From an uncultured Actinomycetota bacterium (GTDB taxonomy: Bacteria > Actinomycetota > Actinomycetes > Mycobacteriales > Mycobacteriaceae), in the NCBI GenBank assembly GCA_963778135.1, contig CAVZTC010000009.1:1231826-1263825 (forward strand): a stretch of DNA of 32,000 nt, given 5' to 3'. The position numbers and the translations under genes are program-made. Shown here piece after piece: positions 8,170 to 16,480 of this stretch. The notes beneath the pieces are model-generated. The model saw nothing but the letters and a program-made list of their open reading frames with translations, was not told the DNA's origin and made no database searches. Within the stretch, counting starts at the first letter, position 1; each line of letters begins with the position of its first letter.

Positions 8170-9831
8170 GTGGTGAGCTTCTTGGTGTCGCCCCCGGAGA
8201 TCATTTCTTCGCGTCTGTTTTCCGGTGCTGGTCCGGGCTCGCTGTTGGCGGCCGCGGCCTCCTGGCAGGGCCTGTCCTCGGAGTTACAGACGGCGGCGTC
8301 GTCGTTCGGGTCGTTGACGTCGACGCTGGCGAGCGGACCGTGGCAGGGCGCTGCGTCGGCGGCGATGATGACTGTGGCTGCGGGCCACGTGCAGTGGTTA
8401 ACGGCGGTTGCGGCGCGAGCTGACGAGACCTCCGCGGGGGCCATGGCGGCGGTGTCGGCGTTTGAGGCGGCGCAGGCATCCACTGTGCACCCCTTGGTGG
8501 TTGCGGCGAACCGCGCTCGGTTCGTGTCGTTGGCGTTGTCGAACCTGTTCGGGCTGAACGCCCCGGCGATCGCGGCCACCGAGGCGCACTACGCGCAGAT
8601 GTGGGCCCAGGATGTGGAGGCCATGGTCGGCTACCACGGCGCGGCCTCGGCGGCGGCGTCGAGCCTGCAGTCCTGGGAGGATGAGCTGACGAGCTTCCTG
8701 GAGGCCTATTCAAACCTTGGGTCGGGCAACACCGGGGGCTTGAACCTGGGCAATAACAACACCGGCTGGTTGAACATCGGATCTGATAACTCCGGGCTGG
8801 GCAACATTGGCAATGGCAACATTGGGAACGGCAATCTGTTCGCCGGTAACGCCAAAGGCTCGTTCAACCTTTTCAGTCTCAACGCTACAGGCTTCGTCAA
8901 CTTTATCAGTCTCAACGCTAACGGCATCCTCAACTTTATCAGTCTCGGCAACACCGGCAATTTCAACACAACCAATTTCAACCCCGCCGGTCCCGAGTTG
9001 GCCATTCTTGCTCTTCTCACTCCTGAGGATCCCCTGTCTTGGATCGAGTACCCCAGGTTCTTGAGCGACCTAACCGGCGGCCTCGTCGGAATTGGCTATC
9101 CACATCCTGGCCTCAACAACCTGCCTTTTACGATAGCAATCTCTGGTGGAAATAACGGCCTCAATAACTTTGGCGGGGGAAACTTTGGTGAATTTAACTT
9201 CGGGCACGGAAATCTAGGAGACTGGAACAAGGGCAGCGGAAATATCGGGATCGCGAACTCCGGCAGCGGAAATATCGGAAATTACGACACCGGCAGCGGG
9301 AATATCGGAGACCATAACACGGCGGGTGGGAACATCGGCAGCTACAACGTCAGCGCCGGAAACATTGGCAACCATAACGTGAGCGGGCTGCGCGGGGTGT
9401 TAATGAGTGTGTTAACCGTCCCCATGACTCTCAACGGAACAATCCCAGGAATTTACGTCGATTTGTTGCCGTATGTGAAGGATGTCCAGAATGTCACGCA
9501 TGCCCTGCAGAGCACCATAGGATCCTTCAGTGGCGGAGCGAACATCGGCGACTTCAACGTTGGCAGCGCGAACTTTGGCAGCAACAACTTCGGCTCCGCC
9601 AACATCGGCGACTTCAACGTGGGCAGCGTAAACGTCGGCAGTCATAATGTTGGCTTCGCAAATACAGGCGCGGGGCACACCGCGGCAATCAACGACTATG
9701 GCCTGGCCAACACGGGTAGCAACGATGTCGGCTTTGCCAACACGGGCAATCACGACGTCGGCATCGGCCTTACCGGTGACAACCAGGTGGGTATTGGCCC
9801 CGGTTTCTTCAGTCTGGGGTCAGAACGGTAA
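8170..9831 (+). CDS. PPE family protein, MPTR subclass; ORF as it stands, truncated by a frameshift
   Basis: The N-terminal ~175 aa form a typical PPE domain: VSFLVSPPEIISSRLFSGAGPGSLLAAAASWQGLSSEL...HYAQMWAQDVEAMVGYHG. Asn/Gly NxGxGNxG-type repeats follow. A GGGAGGAG Shine-Dalgarno sequence lies at 8154-8161, ahead of GTG 8170. Confidence 0.9.
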   Translation: MVSFLVSPPEIISSRLFSGAGPGSLLAAAASWQGLSSELQTAASSFGSLTSTLASGPWQGAASAAMMTVAAGHVQWLTAVAARADETSAGAMAAVSAFEAAQASTVHPLVVAANRARFVSLALSNLFGLNAPAIAATEAHYAQMWAQDVEAMVGYHGAASAAASSLQSWEDELTSFLEAYSNLGSGNTGGLNLGNNNTGWLNIGSDNSGLGNIGNGNIGNGNLFAGNAKGSFNLFSLNATGFVNFISLNANGILNFISLGNTGNFNTTNFNPAGPELAILALLTPEDPLSWIEYPRFLSDLTGGLVGIGYPHPGLNNLPFTIAISGGNNGLNNFGGGNFGEFNFGHGNLGDWNKGSGNIGIANSGSGNIGNYDTGSGNIGDHNTAGGNIGSYNVSAGNIGNHNVSGLRGVLMSVLTVPMTLNGTIPGIYVDLLPYVKDVQNVTHALQSTIGSFSGGANIGDFNVGSANFGSNNFGSANIGDFNVGSVNVGSHNVGFANTGAGHTAAINDYGLANTGSNDVGFANTGNHDVGIGLTGDNQVGIGPGFFSLGSER

Positions 9832-10306
9832 CTATGGTTTCTTCAACTCGGGCACCAATAATATTGGTGTCTTCAATTCAGGCTCCGGAAATGCGGGCGC
9901 GTTCAATTCAGGCATCCAGTCCACGGGAATCGGAAACGCCGGCATCACTGACGCCGGCTTGTGGAACACGGGCATGGGCAACGCGGGCTGGGGAAACTCG
10001 GGCAACTTCAACACTGGCCTCTGGAACGCGGGTGATAACAATAGCGGCTGGGGGAATGCCGGCAACGGAAATACCGGCCTATTCAACGCGGGTCTGAACA
10101 ACAGTGGACCCTATAACGCGGGCGACGGAAACCAGGGCGCCTACAACGGCGGCAACAATAACGTCGGCGTCGATAATTCGGGTAATACGAATAACGGGGC
10201 ATTCAACTCGGGCAACACAGACCAGGGCGCCTTTAACTCGGGCAGCTCCGATACGGGCTGGTGGAACTCTGGCTCGGGCATTCACGGTGTCGGCAATCAA
10301 CCTTAA
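9820..10306 (+). pseudogene. 3' continuation of the same PPE-MPTR gene, displaced into the +1 frame
   Basis: The frame of ORF 9647..10306 continues perfect MPTR repeats from about 9817: GQNGNYGFFNSGTNNIGVFNSGSGNAGAFNSG...GWWNSGSGIHGVGNQP*. Removing one G from the GGGG run at 9816-9819 joins ...GIGPGFFSLG to QNGNYGFFNSG in a single frame. Confidence 0.75.
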
Positions 10307-10345
10307 TGGCCACCGGCTCATCGAGGGCATTCGTAAGGTTGTTGA

Positions 10346-10982
10346 GCTGGTGTGTTGCCGCCAGGATTGGTAGCTGACGATTGCTCCGACGTAACAAGGC
10401 CTACCGGTATCCGATCGAGGTCATCGGGCATGCGCTGCCGCTGTATCACCATGGCACTGCCACGTTAGTGAGCGTCGGCGAACTGCAAGGATGGGCGGGG
10501 TGAGGACCGCAACGGCGTCGTACAAGGGCCGCCGCCTCCCGTTGGAGGTCATCAAGTTCGGGCAGGCCTACGCCAACGGGCTACGTCGACGTCGCCCCGG
10601 CCCGGGTGACAAGTGGCACCCGGATGAGGTCTTCGTGAAGATCAACGGGGTCACCCATTACCTGTGGTGCGCAGTCGACCAGGCCGGCAACTCCCATCAA
10701 CCCGCCCGCCTCCATGAACGGGCGATGAAACGCTTTAAATCGGCCCGCGATGCCGAACGGCTCCCGTCATCCTTCAGCGGTATCTCCCCACATTTTCGAC
10801 CGCGACGGAACCGGTCTGGCGCGACCGAATGGCTAGCCGAAATGGCTCACCGCTTCGCGGCCTGGCACGAGGTCACCGTACCCCACGCGGCCGCCTGAAA
10901 TATCGACGACCATAAGCTGATCCGTAGATATGGCTCCAAAACCAACTGTGGCACAGCATATTCCGATTGATGCGACAGTGCC
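10346..10982 (+). mobile_element. decayed IS6-family insertion sequence (transposase pseudogene ~10396-10898 plus right terminal inverted repeat)
   Basis: Transposase fragments read YRYPIEVIGHALPLYH (frame 1, from ~10402), then KFGQAYANGLRRRRPGPGDKWHPDEVFVKINGVTHYLWCAVDQAGN. This last fragment is joined directly to SHQPARLHERAMKRFKSARDAERLPSSFSGISPHFRPRR. There is therefore a frameshift, and the internal deletion removes the central catalytic region. The right end, GATGCGACAGTGCC (10969-10982), matches 11 of 14 bases of the IS26-type terminal repeat TTTGCAACAGTGCC. The left boundary is only guessed, from GGTGTGTTGCC at 10348. Confidence 0.7.
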
Positions 10983-10997
10983 CCCAGGAAGGGATGG

Positions 10998-12767
10998 GTG
11001 TTGATGGCGCCAGCCAAGAGCTCCGTAGCCACCGAACCTCGCAGTATGTTCAGTCTGCTTCGCGCTCACTGGGTCTCGATGACGGTGAGCGTGTTGTTGC
11101 TCGGCGTTGCGACCATGCTTACCTTGCTGCAGCCGCTACTGGCTGGTCGGCTCGTCGACCGCGCAGCGTCGGGCTCATCGACCCTGGCGTTGGCCGTCTT
11201 GCTGGTGATCATGCTTGTCGGACAGCTGCTCCTCGAGTGGTTAGGGCATTTCCAGCTGGGACGGACCGGCGAGCAAATCGTGTTGCGGTTGCGAGCTGTC
11301 TTCACCGATCATGTGGTGCGCCTGCCCATCGGATTGTTGGACCGGGGTCGCACCGGAGACCTGCTGGCCCGCGGAACCAGCGACGCCAGCATGGTGCGGG
11401 AAATGCCACGCGCCTTCGCCGACATCGTGTTTGGGGTGCTGACCTTCGTCGGTGTGAGTGTTTTCATGCTCACAATTGATGCCCTCACCGTGAGTATCGT
11501 GGCAGCTGTCATGGTGGCCGTGTTCGCTGTCGGCAGCCCGTTTCTGTCACGGATCCAACGCGCCGCACTCAATCGCCAAGTCGCGCTTGGTAACTACACG
11601 GCCGCGTTGGACCGAGCCCTGGGCGCCGCTCGCACCATAAAGCTGTTCGGCGCCGAAGACCGCGAAGTAGCGGCCATCAGCTCAAGCGCGCTCGCCGCCT
11701 GTAAGTCTGGGGTTCGCATCGCGCTTTCCACCGCCGTCTTCGAATCCATTACCAGGTTGGGATTTACCGGCTCGTTTTTGGCGATCATGATTATCGATGG
11801 GAGCCGCGTCGCGGACGGTCACCTAACGGTTGGCCAGTTCGTCAGCCTGTTCGCCTTCGCTATGTACGCGAGTCAGCCCGTCACCGCCGGCTTTGTCGCA
11901 CTCACCAAACTGCGTACCGCGGCCGGTGGATATCAACATCTCAGCGCCACCCTGCGGGAACTGCCGGAAGGCGATCCACCGTCAGTTGCCGTTGCCGACG
12001 GGGTCACGAGGCCGTGCGCTGTGCAGGCAGACCAGAACACCGCGCCACTGGTCCAGTTCGAGCACGTGTCGTTTTCCTACGGCGAGGCACCCGTGCTCGA
12101 CGACGTCTCCTTCACGCTCGGCCCAGATCAGATCACCGCGCTGATCGGGCCGTCTGGCGCTGGAAAGTCAACCATCCTGGCGCTGCTGTGCCGCTTCCAC
12201 GACCCGGGCGCCGGGACGGTGCGCTGGGAAGGCCACGACTTCCGCAGCATCCCCCTCAGGGAACTCCGCGGCCGACTCGGGCTTTTGGAACAGGACGCAC
12301 CCGTGCTGCACGGCACCATCCGCGACAACCTGCTCATCGCCGACCCCGACGCCGACGACGCCGACTTATGGCTCGTCCTCGAACAGGCGAACATCGCCGA
12401 CGAAATCGCCAGTCTTCCTGAACGACTCGACACCCCCGTACTCGAACGCGGGCGCGGCCTTTCCGGTGGCCAACGCCAGCGACTAGCCCTGGGCCGTGCA
12501 TTTCTATCGCGATCGCAGCTCATCCTCATGGACGAACCAACCGCACATCTCGACCGCGCCAACGAATACGACGTCATGACCAAGCTGCTGCAGGCGCGCG
12601 GCCAACGCAGTCTCCTCGTGGTTGCCCACCGTCTCTCCACCGTGACCAATGCCGACCAAATCCTGGTTCTTCAGCACGGCCGGATCCAAGCAGCCGGCAC
12701 CCACACTGAACTATTGCGCATGCCCATTTACCGCGAACTTATCGAGCGGGAACTCGCCGCCCACTAG
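10998..12767 (+). CDS. ABC exporter, fused permease/ATP-binding half-transporter
   Basis: 589 aa with an N-terminal six-helix-type ABC membrane domain. The NBD has Walker A GPSGAGKST, a Q-loop LLEQD, the signature LSGGQRQRLALGRAF, Walker B LILMDEPTAHLD and the H-loop VVAHRLST. Candidate starts are GTG 10998, TTG 11001 and ATG 11004. Confidence 0.9.
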   Translation: MLMAPAKSSVATEPRSMFSLLRAHWVSMTVSVLLLGVATMLTLLQPLLAGRLVDRAASGSSTLALAVLLVIMLVGQLLLEWLGHFQLGRTGEQIVLRLRAVFTDHVVRLPIGLLDRGRTGDLLARGTSDASMVREMPRAFADIVFGVLTFVGVSVFMLTIDALTVSIVAAVMVAVFAVGSPFLSRIQRAALNRQVALGNYTAALDRALGAARTIKLFGAEDREVAAISSSALAACKSGVRIALSTAVFESITRLGFTGSFLAIMIIDGSRVADGHLTVGQFVSLFAFAMYASQPVTAGFVALTKLRTAAGGYQHLSATLRELPEGDPPSVAVADGVTRPCAVQADQNTAPLVQFEHVSFSYGEAPVLDDVSFTLGPDQITALIGPSGAGKSTILALLCRFHDPGAGTVRWEGHDFRSIPLRELRGRLGLLEQDAPVLHGTIRDNLLIADPDADDADLWLVLEQANIADEIASLPERLDTPVLERGRGLSGGQRQRLALGRAFLSRSQLILMDEPTAHLDRANEYDVMTKLLQARGQRSLLVVAHRLSTVTNADQILVLQHGRIQAAGTHTELLRMPIYRELIERELAAH

Positions 12768-12873
12768 TCCTCGAATAAGCGAGTCGGTGTCAGCGGAACC
12801 TTCCCGGCGTGTCCAGAGACTTTCTGGTGTGAGAACTCAGCCGGCGGCTGGTCTCTGGTGATGAGCGCAGTTG

Positions 12874-13243
12874 GCCGCCGTCATTTCGATCGACGTGATG
12901 TCTCCGCAGTATTGGCACGAGCGGTGGTGATTGAATTTATTCGCGTGATCAAGCCGAACGCGGCGGTCATGAGGTACGGTATCAAGGCGGTTGAGAATGC
13001 CGTCGAAGATCTTCTAGCGGCCGATTTGGTGGTATGCCGCCTCCATTTCGATCGGAGGGTGTGTCAGCAGTATTGGTACGAGCGGCGGTGGTTGAATTTA
13101 TGCGGGTGATGGAGTCAAACGCGGCGGTCAGTGTGTGGCGTCATCGCGCTGCCGCCTGACATGTCAACGACCTAAAGCCGAGCCATAGATAGAGCTACCA
13201 CGGCAACTGTGCCACACTATATTCCGATTAACGTGGCAGAGCC
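12874..13243 (+). mobile_element. second IS6-family 3'-end remnant, partially duplicated in tandem
   Basis: 13151-13243 aligns without gaps to 10890-10982, which is the last transposase codons, the stop, the 84-nt tail and the terminal repeat of the first IS6 copy. I counted 70 of 93 identical positions, including the block TATTCCGATT and the terminal CAG(T/A)GCC. Upstream, two ~100-bp direct repeats (12874-12975 and 13036-13137, period 162) resemble the transposase C-terminal coding part. Copy B translates PPFRSEGVSAVLVRAAVVEFMRV...AAA*, against PHFRPRRNRSGATEWLAEMAHRF...AAA* in the first copy. Confidence 0.55.
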
Positions 13244-13415
13244 CACCAACCTGACCAACCAAGCCCAACATCCAACTCGCGACCGCGCCGCGACTAACAA
13301 CCGGCCGAACCGCGGCAACACGCTGCCGCCCCCCAAAAAAACGCCAGGTCAAACGCCCGAACTGAATGTATACCCCGGAGCCATACTCTTTCGACCGAGT
13401 GATTAGGGTAGCCGG

Positions 13416-15782
13416 ATGGAACGTGATGGCCAGGCGCTTCCGCTTTCGCGGGCACAGCTAGGTATTTGGTTTGCGCAGCAAGCGGGTTTCTTCGATACGG
13501 AGTGGCCGATCGGCCTATTTCTGATAGTCGAGGCGGCTGTAGTACCTGATGTGGTTGAGCAGGCAATCCGGAGAGTAGTGGAAGAGGCTGAGCCAATCAG
13601 GGCCACTTTCTTCGAGGCGGATGGCGAGATTTACCAAAAGGTAATTGAAGACCCGGATATCGAGCTTCCGCTGTATGACCTGAGGTCCTCGAATGATCCC
13701 GTGCAGGAGGCGTACAGGATAGCGGAGTCGATCCAACGTAAGCCGATGCCGCTCGATGGCCCGTTGTTTAAATTTGCGTTATTGCGGACGAGGACCGATG
13801 AGTCCTACGTATTCCTGTGCTGCCACCATATCGTCGTCGACGGGTTCGGCATTGGAATTCTTGGGCATCGGATCGCGGCTGTCTACTCTGCACTGGTTTC
13901 TGGCGTGCCCATCCCGCCCGGGTTCTTCGGCTCGCTGCATGACCTGATTGAGTGCGAATCAGAATACGAAGCATCCGCCGAATATCACGACGATCTGGCC
14001 TACTGGAAAAGAAATCTTCCACCGGATACGGCACAGCAATATCGGTTGCCGCAGGCGACCGGAGGGGGTGATTCCGGCTGGCGCTCTGCGCCGGTACAAC
14101 TGGACCCTTCGGTTGTCGCTCGAATACAGGAGTTATCGGAGTTTTTGGGTGTTCGCCGAGCCTCGGTGACGACGGCGGCGTGCGCGCTTGTGGTGCATGA
14201 ATTGTCCGCTGGGGGCCCCGAGGTGGTGCTCGACTTCCCGGTCAGTCGGCGCGTGCGTCCGGAGTCGAAGATGGTTCCCGGCATGTTCGCCGGGGTGGTG
14301 CCTTTGGTGTTGACGGCGTCGCCGGGATCGACGGTTGCCGGTTTTTGTGAGCATGTTGACGGACGAATACGAGAAACGCTGCAACATCAGCGTTTTCCGG
14401 TGCACATTCTTGAGGGCAGGGACCGCCTCCTTGACCCGCATGGCGCGGCACAACGGGTGAATATCAATTTCATCCCGGCCGCGATGAGTGGGACCTTCGG
14501 GGGTGCGCCGGGATCGGGATTGGTGACCACTTTTGGCCCGGTGGGCCACTTTGCGCTGTTCTTCCTGCGAGCCGGTGATGAGCTGTCGCTGAGCACCGCG
14601 GGTTGCGGGCAGCCGTTTTCGAATTTCTCCGTCGCCGATTTAGCGCGTCGATTGGAGCAGGTGGTGGTGGCGATGGCCGCCGACCCCTCCCGGCGGCTGG
14701 CGTCGATGGATCTGTTGGACGGTGGTGAGCACGCCCGGCTGGACGGCTGGGGGAATCGGGCGGTGTTGACCCGGCCGGCGAGCGCACCGGTGTCGATTCC
14801 GCCGTTGTGGGCCGCCCAAGTTGCACGCACGCCGGAGGCGGTGGCGCTGACGTTCGCGGGGCGCTGCACGACGTACCGGGGGCTTGAGGAGGCGTCGAAC
14901 CGGTTGGCGCACCTGCTGGTGGGCCGGGGTGTGGGTCCGGGGCAGTGTGTGGCGCTGCTGTTTACCCGTTCCATCGATGCGATTACCGCGATTACGGCGG
15001 TGCTGAAGACGGGGGCGGCCTATCTCCCCATCGATCCGGGCCTGCCGGCGGCCCGGATCGCGTTTATGCTCGCTGATGCGGCACCGGTGGCCGCGATCAC
15101 CACCACCGCGCTGGCCGCCCACCTCGAGGGCTATGACCTGCTGGTCATCGATGTCGAGGACCCCGCCATCGACACCCAACCCGTTACCGCGCTACCGGCG
15201 CCGCGCCCCGATGACCTGGCCTACCTGATCTACACCTCGGGCACCACCGGAACCCCCAAGGGCGTCGCGGTCAGTCATGCCGGCATTCCCGACTTAGTGG
15301 CCACCCGCGCGGAGCGTCTTGGCATCGGGCCGACGAGTCGCGTCCTGCAGTTTGCTCCGTTCATCTTCGATGCGTCGGTGGTGAACCTGTGGGTTGCGTT
15401 GTTGACCGGCGCGACCGCAGTACTGCCCGCCGAGGACCAAGCGCTACCGGGCCGGGAATTAGTGGACTTGATCGTCGAGCAGAACGTCTCTCACGGGGAA
15501 TTGACGCCCACCGCGATCGCCGCCCTCCCCGAACACCGAGCTGCACGGCATGACTGTGATTGCCGGCGGCGAGGTCTGCTCGACAGACCTTGTCGCGCGC
15601 TACGCCGATGCCGGCTCCTTCATCAACTCCTACGGCCCGACCGAGGCGAGCGTGGACCTGACCATGACGGGCCCGCTGGCTGCCGATTGCGGAACGCCAC
15701 CGATTGGTTACCCGGTGTCGTGGGCGGGGTTGTTTGTCCTGGATGGCTGGTTGCGCAGGGCGCCACTGGGTGCGGTCGGTGA
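13416..15782 (+). CDS. NRPS segment 1 (starter C domain plus first part of A1); meaningful translation ends at ~15528
   Basis: ORF-track protein begins [29 protein letters not shown] (C3 motif) lies at 13824-13844 and [17 protein letters not shown] (A3 motif) at ~15220. After ...[10 protein letters not shown] the ORF degenerates into an Arg/Cys-rich tail, while the +1 frame continues with [14 protein letters not shown]. Confidence 0.85.
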   Translation: MERDGQALPLSRAQLGIWFAQQAGFFDTEWPIGLFLIVEAAVVPDVVEQAIRRVVEEAEPIRATFFEADGEIYQKVIEDPDIELPLYDLRSSNDPVQEAYRIAESIQRKPMPLDGPLFKFALLRTRTDESYVFLCCHHIVVDGFGIGILGHRIAAVYSALVSGVPIPPGFFGSLHDLIECESEYEASAEYHDDLAYWKRNLPPDTAQQYRLPQATGGGDSGWRSAPVQLDPSVVARIQELSEFLGVRRASVTTAACALVVHELSAGGPEVVLDFPVSRRVRPESKMVPGMFAGVVPLVLTASPGSTVAGFCEHVDGRIRETLQHQRFPVHILEGRDRLLDPHGAAQRVNINFIPAAMSGTFGGAPGSGLVTTFGPVGHFALFFLRAGDELSLSTAGCGQPFSNFSVADLARRLEQVVVAMAADPSRRLASMDLLDGGEHARLDGWGNRAVLTRPASAPVSIPPLWAAQVARTPEAVALTFAGRCTTYRGLEEASNRLAHLLVGRGVGPGQCVALLFTRSIDAITAITAVLKTGAAYLPIDPGLPAARIAFMLADAAPVAAITTTALAAHLEGYDLLVIDVEDPAIDTQPVTALPAPRPDDLAYLIYTSGTTGTPKGVAVSHAGIPDLVATRAERLGIGPTSRVLQFAPFIFDASVVNLWVALLTGATAVLPAEDQALPGRELVDLIVEQNVSHGELTPTAIAALPEHRAARHDCDCRRRGLLDRPCRALRRCRLLHQLLRPDRGERGPDHDGPAGCRLRNATDWLPGVVGGVVCPGWLVAQGATGCGR

Positions 15783-16480
15783 ACTGTATGCCGCGGGTCG
15801 CGGTGTGGCCTATGGGTATTGGGGCCGTTCACGCGAGACCGCGTCGCGGTTTGTGGCCTGCCCATTCGGGGGAGTCGGCGAACGCATGTATCGCACCGGG
15901 GATCTGGTGTGGTGGGGTGCTGATGGGCAGTTGCGGTATGCGGGGCGCGCTGATGAGCAGGTCAAGATCCGCGGGTATCGCATTGAGCTGGGCGAAGTCC
16001 GGGCCGCGCTGGCCCAGCTTGCGGGGGTGGAGCAGGCGGTGGTGATCGCCCGTGAGGACCGTCCTGGGGATCGGCGGCTGGTGGGTTATGTGACGGGGAC
16101 GGCGGACCCGGCCGCGGTGCGTAGCGTGCTGGCCGAGCGGCTGCCGGTCTATATGGTTCCCGCGGCCGTGGTGGTGGTGGAGGCGTTGCCGTCGACGCCT
16201 AACGGCAAGCTCGACGTCCGCGCGTTGCCGGCCCCCGATTTTGGCGATGTTGACCGGTATCACGCCCCAGCGACGCCGGTTGAGGAGATCTTGGCCGGTA
16301 TTTTCGCGCGGGTCTTGGGGTTAGCGCGGGTGGGGGTCGAGGACTCGTTTTTCGAGTTGGGTGGGGATTCCCTGTCGGCGATGCGCCTGATTGCGGTGGT
16401 CAACAAGTCGTTGGGTGCTGGTCTGTCGGTGCGGACGGTGTTTGAGGAGCCGACGATCGCGGGGTTGGCGCGGCATCTCG
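13416..16480 (+). other. NRPS module 1: C(starter-type)-A1-T1
   Basis: C1 spans ~13416-14700 (HHIVVDG at 13824-13844). A1 spans ~14740-16240 ([49 protein letters not shown]). T1 spans ~16260-16480 ([18 protein letters not shown] at ~16359-16376). Frameshift 1 lies inside A1. Confidence 0.8.

Noticed and set aside
8700-10306. Periodic repeats that might suggest a CRISPR or other non-coding array
   Set aside because: The periodicity is the coding NxGxGNxG repeat of a PPE-MPTR protein in an open reading frame. There is no repeat-spacer structure.
12812-12858. Inverted repeat CCAGAGAC...GTCTCTGG after the ABC exporter as a possible terminator
   Set aside because: The 8-bp stem has a ~31-nt loop and no U-tract, which is too weak to call an intrinsic terminator.
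12858-13109. 83-aa ORF between the exporter and the NRPS
   Set aside because: It is better explained as two tandem degenerate copies of the IS6 transposase C-terminal coding region (HFDRR... repeated). It is not an independent gene.
13403-13421. Possible IdeR iron box (TTAGGGTAGCCGGATGGAA) overlapping the NRPS start codon
   Set aside because: Only 12 of 19 positions match the consensus TTAGGTTAGGCTAACCTAA. The left half is good (9 of 11) but the right half is essentially random. I found no comparable site upstream of mbtH either, so there is no sequence support for iron regulation.
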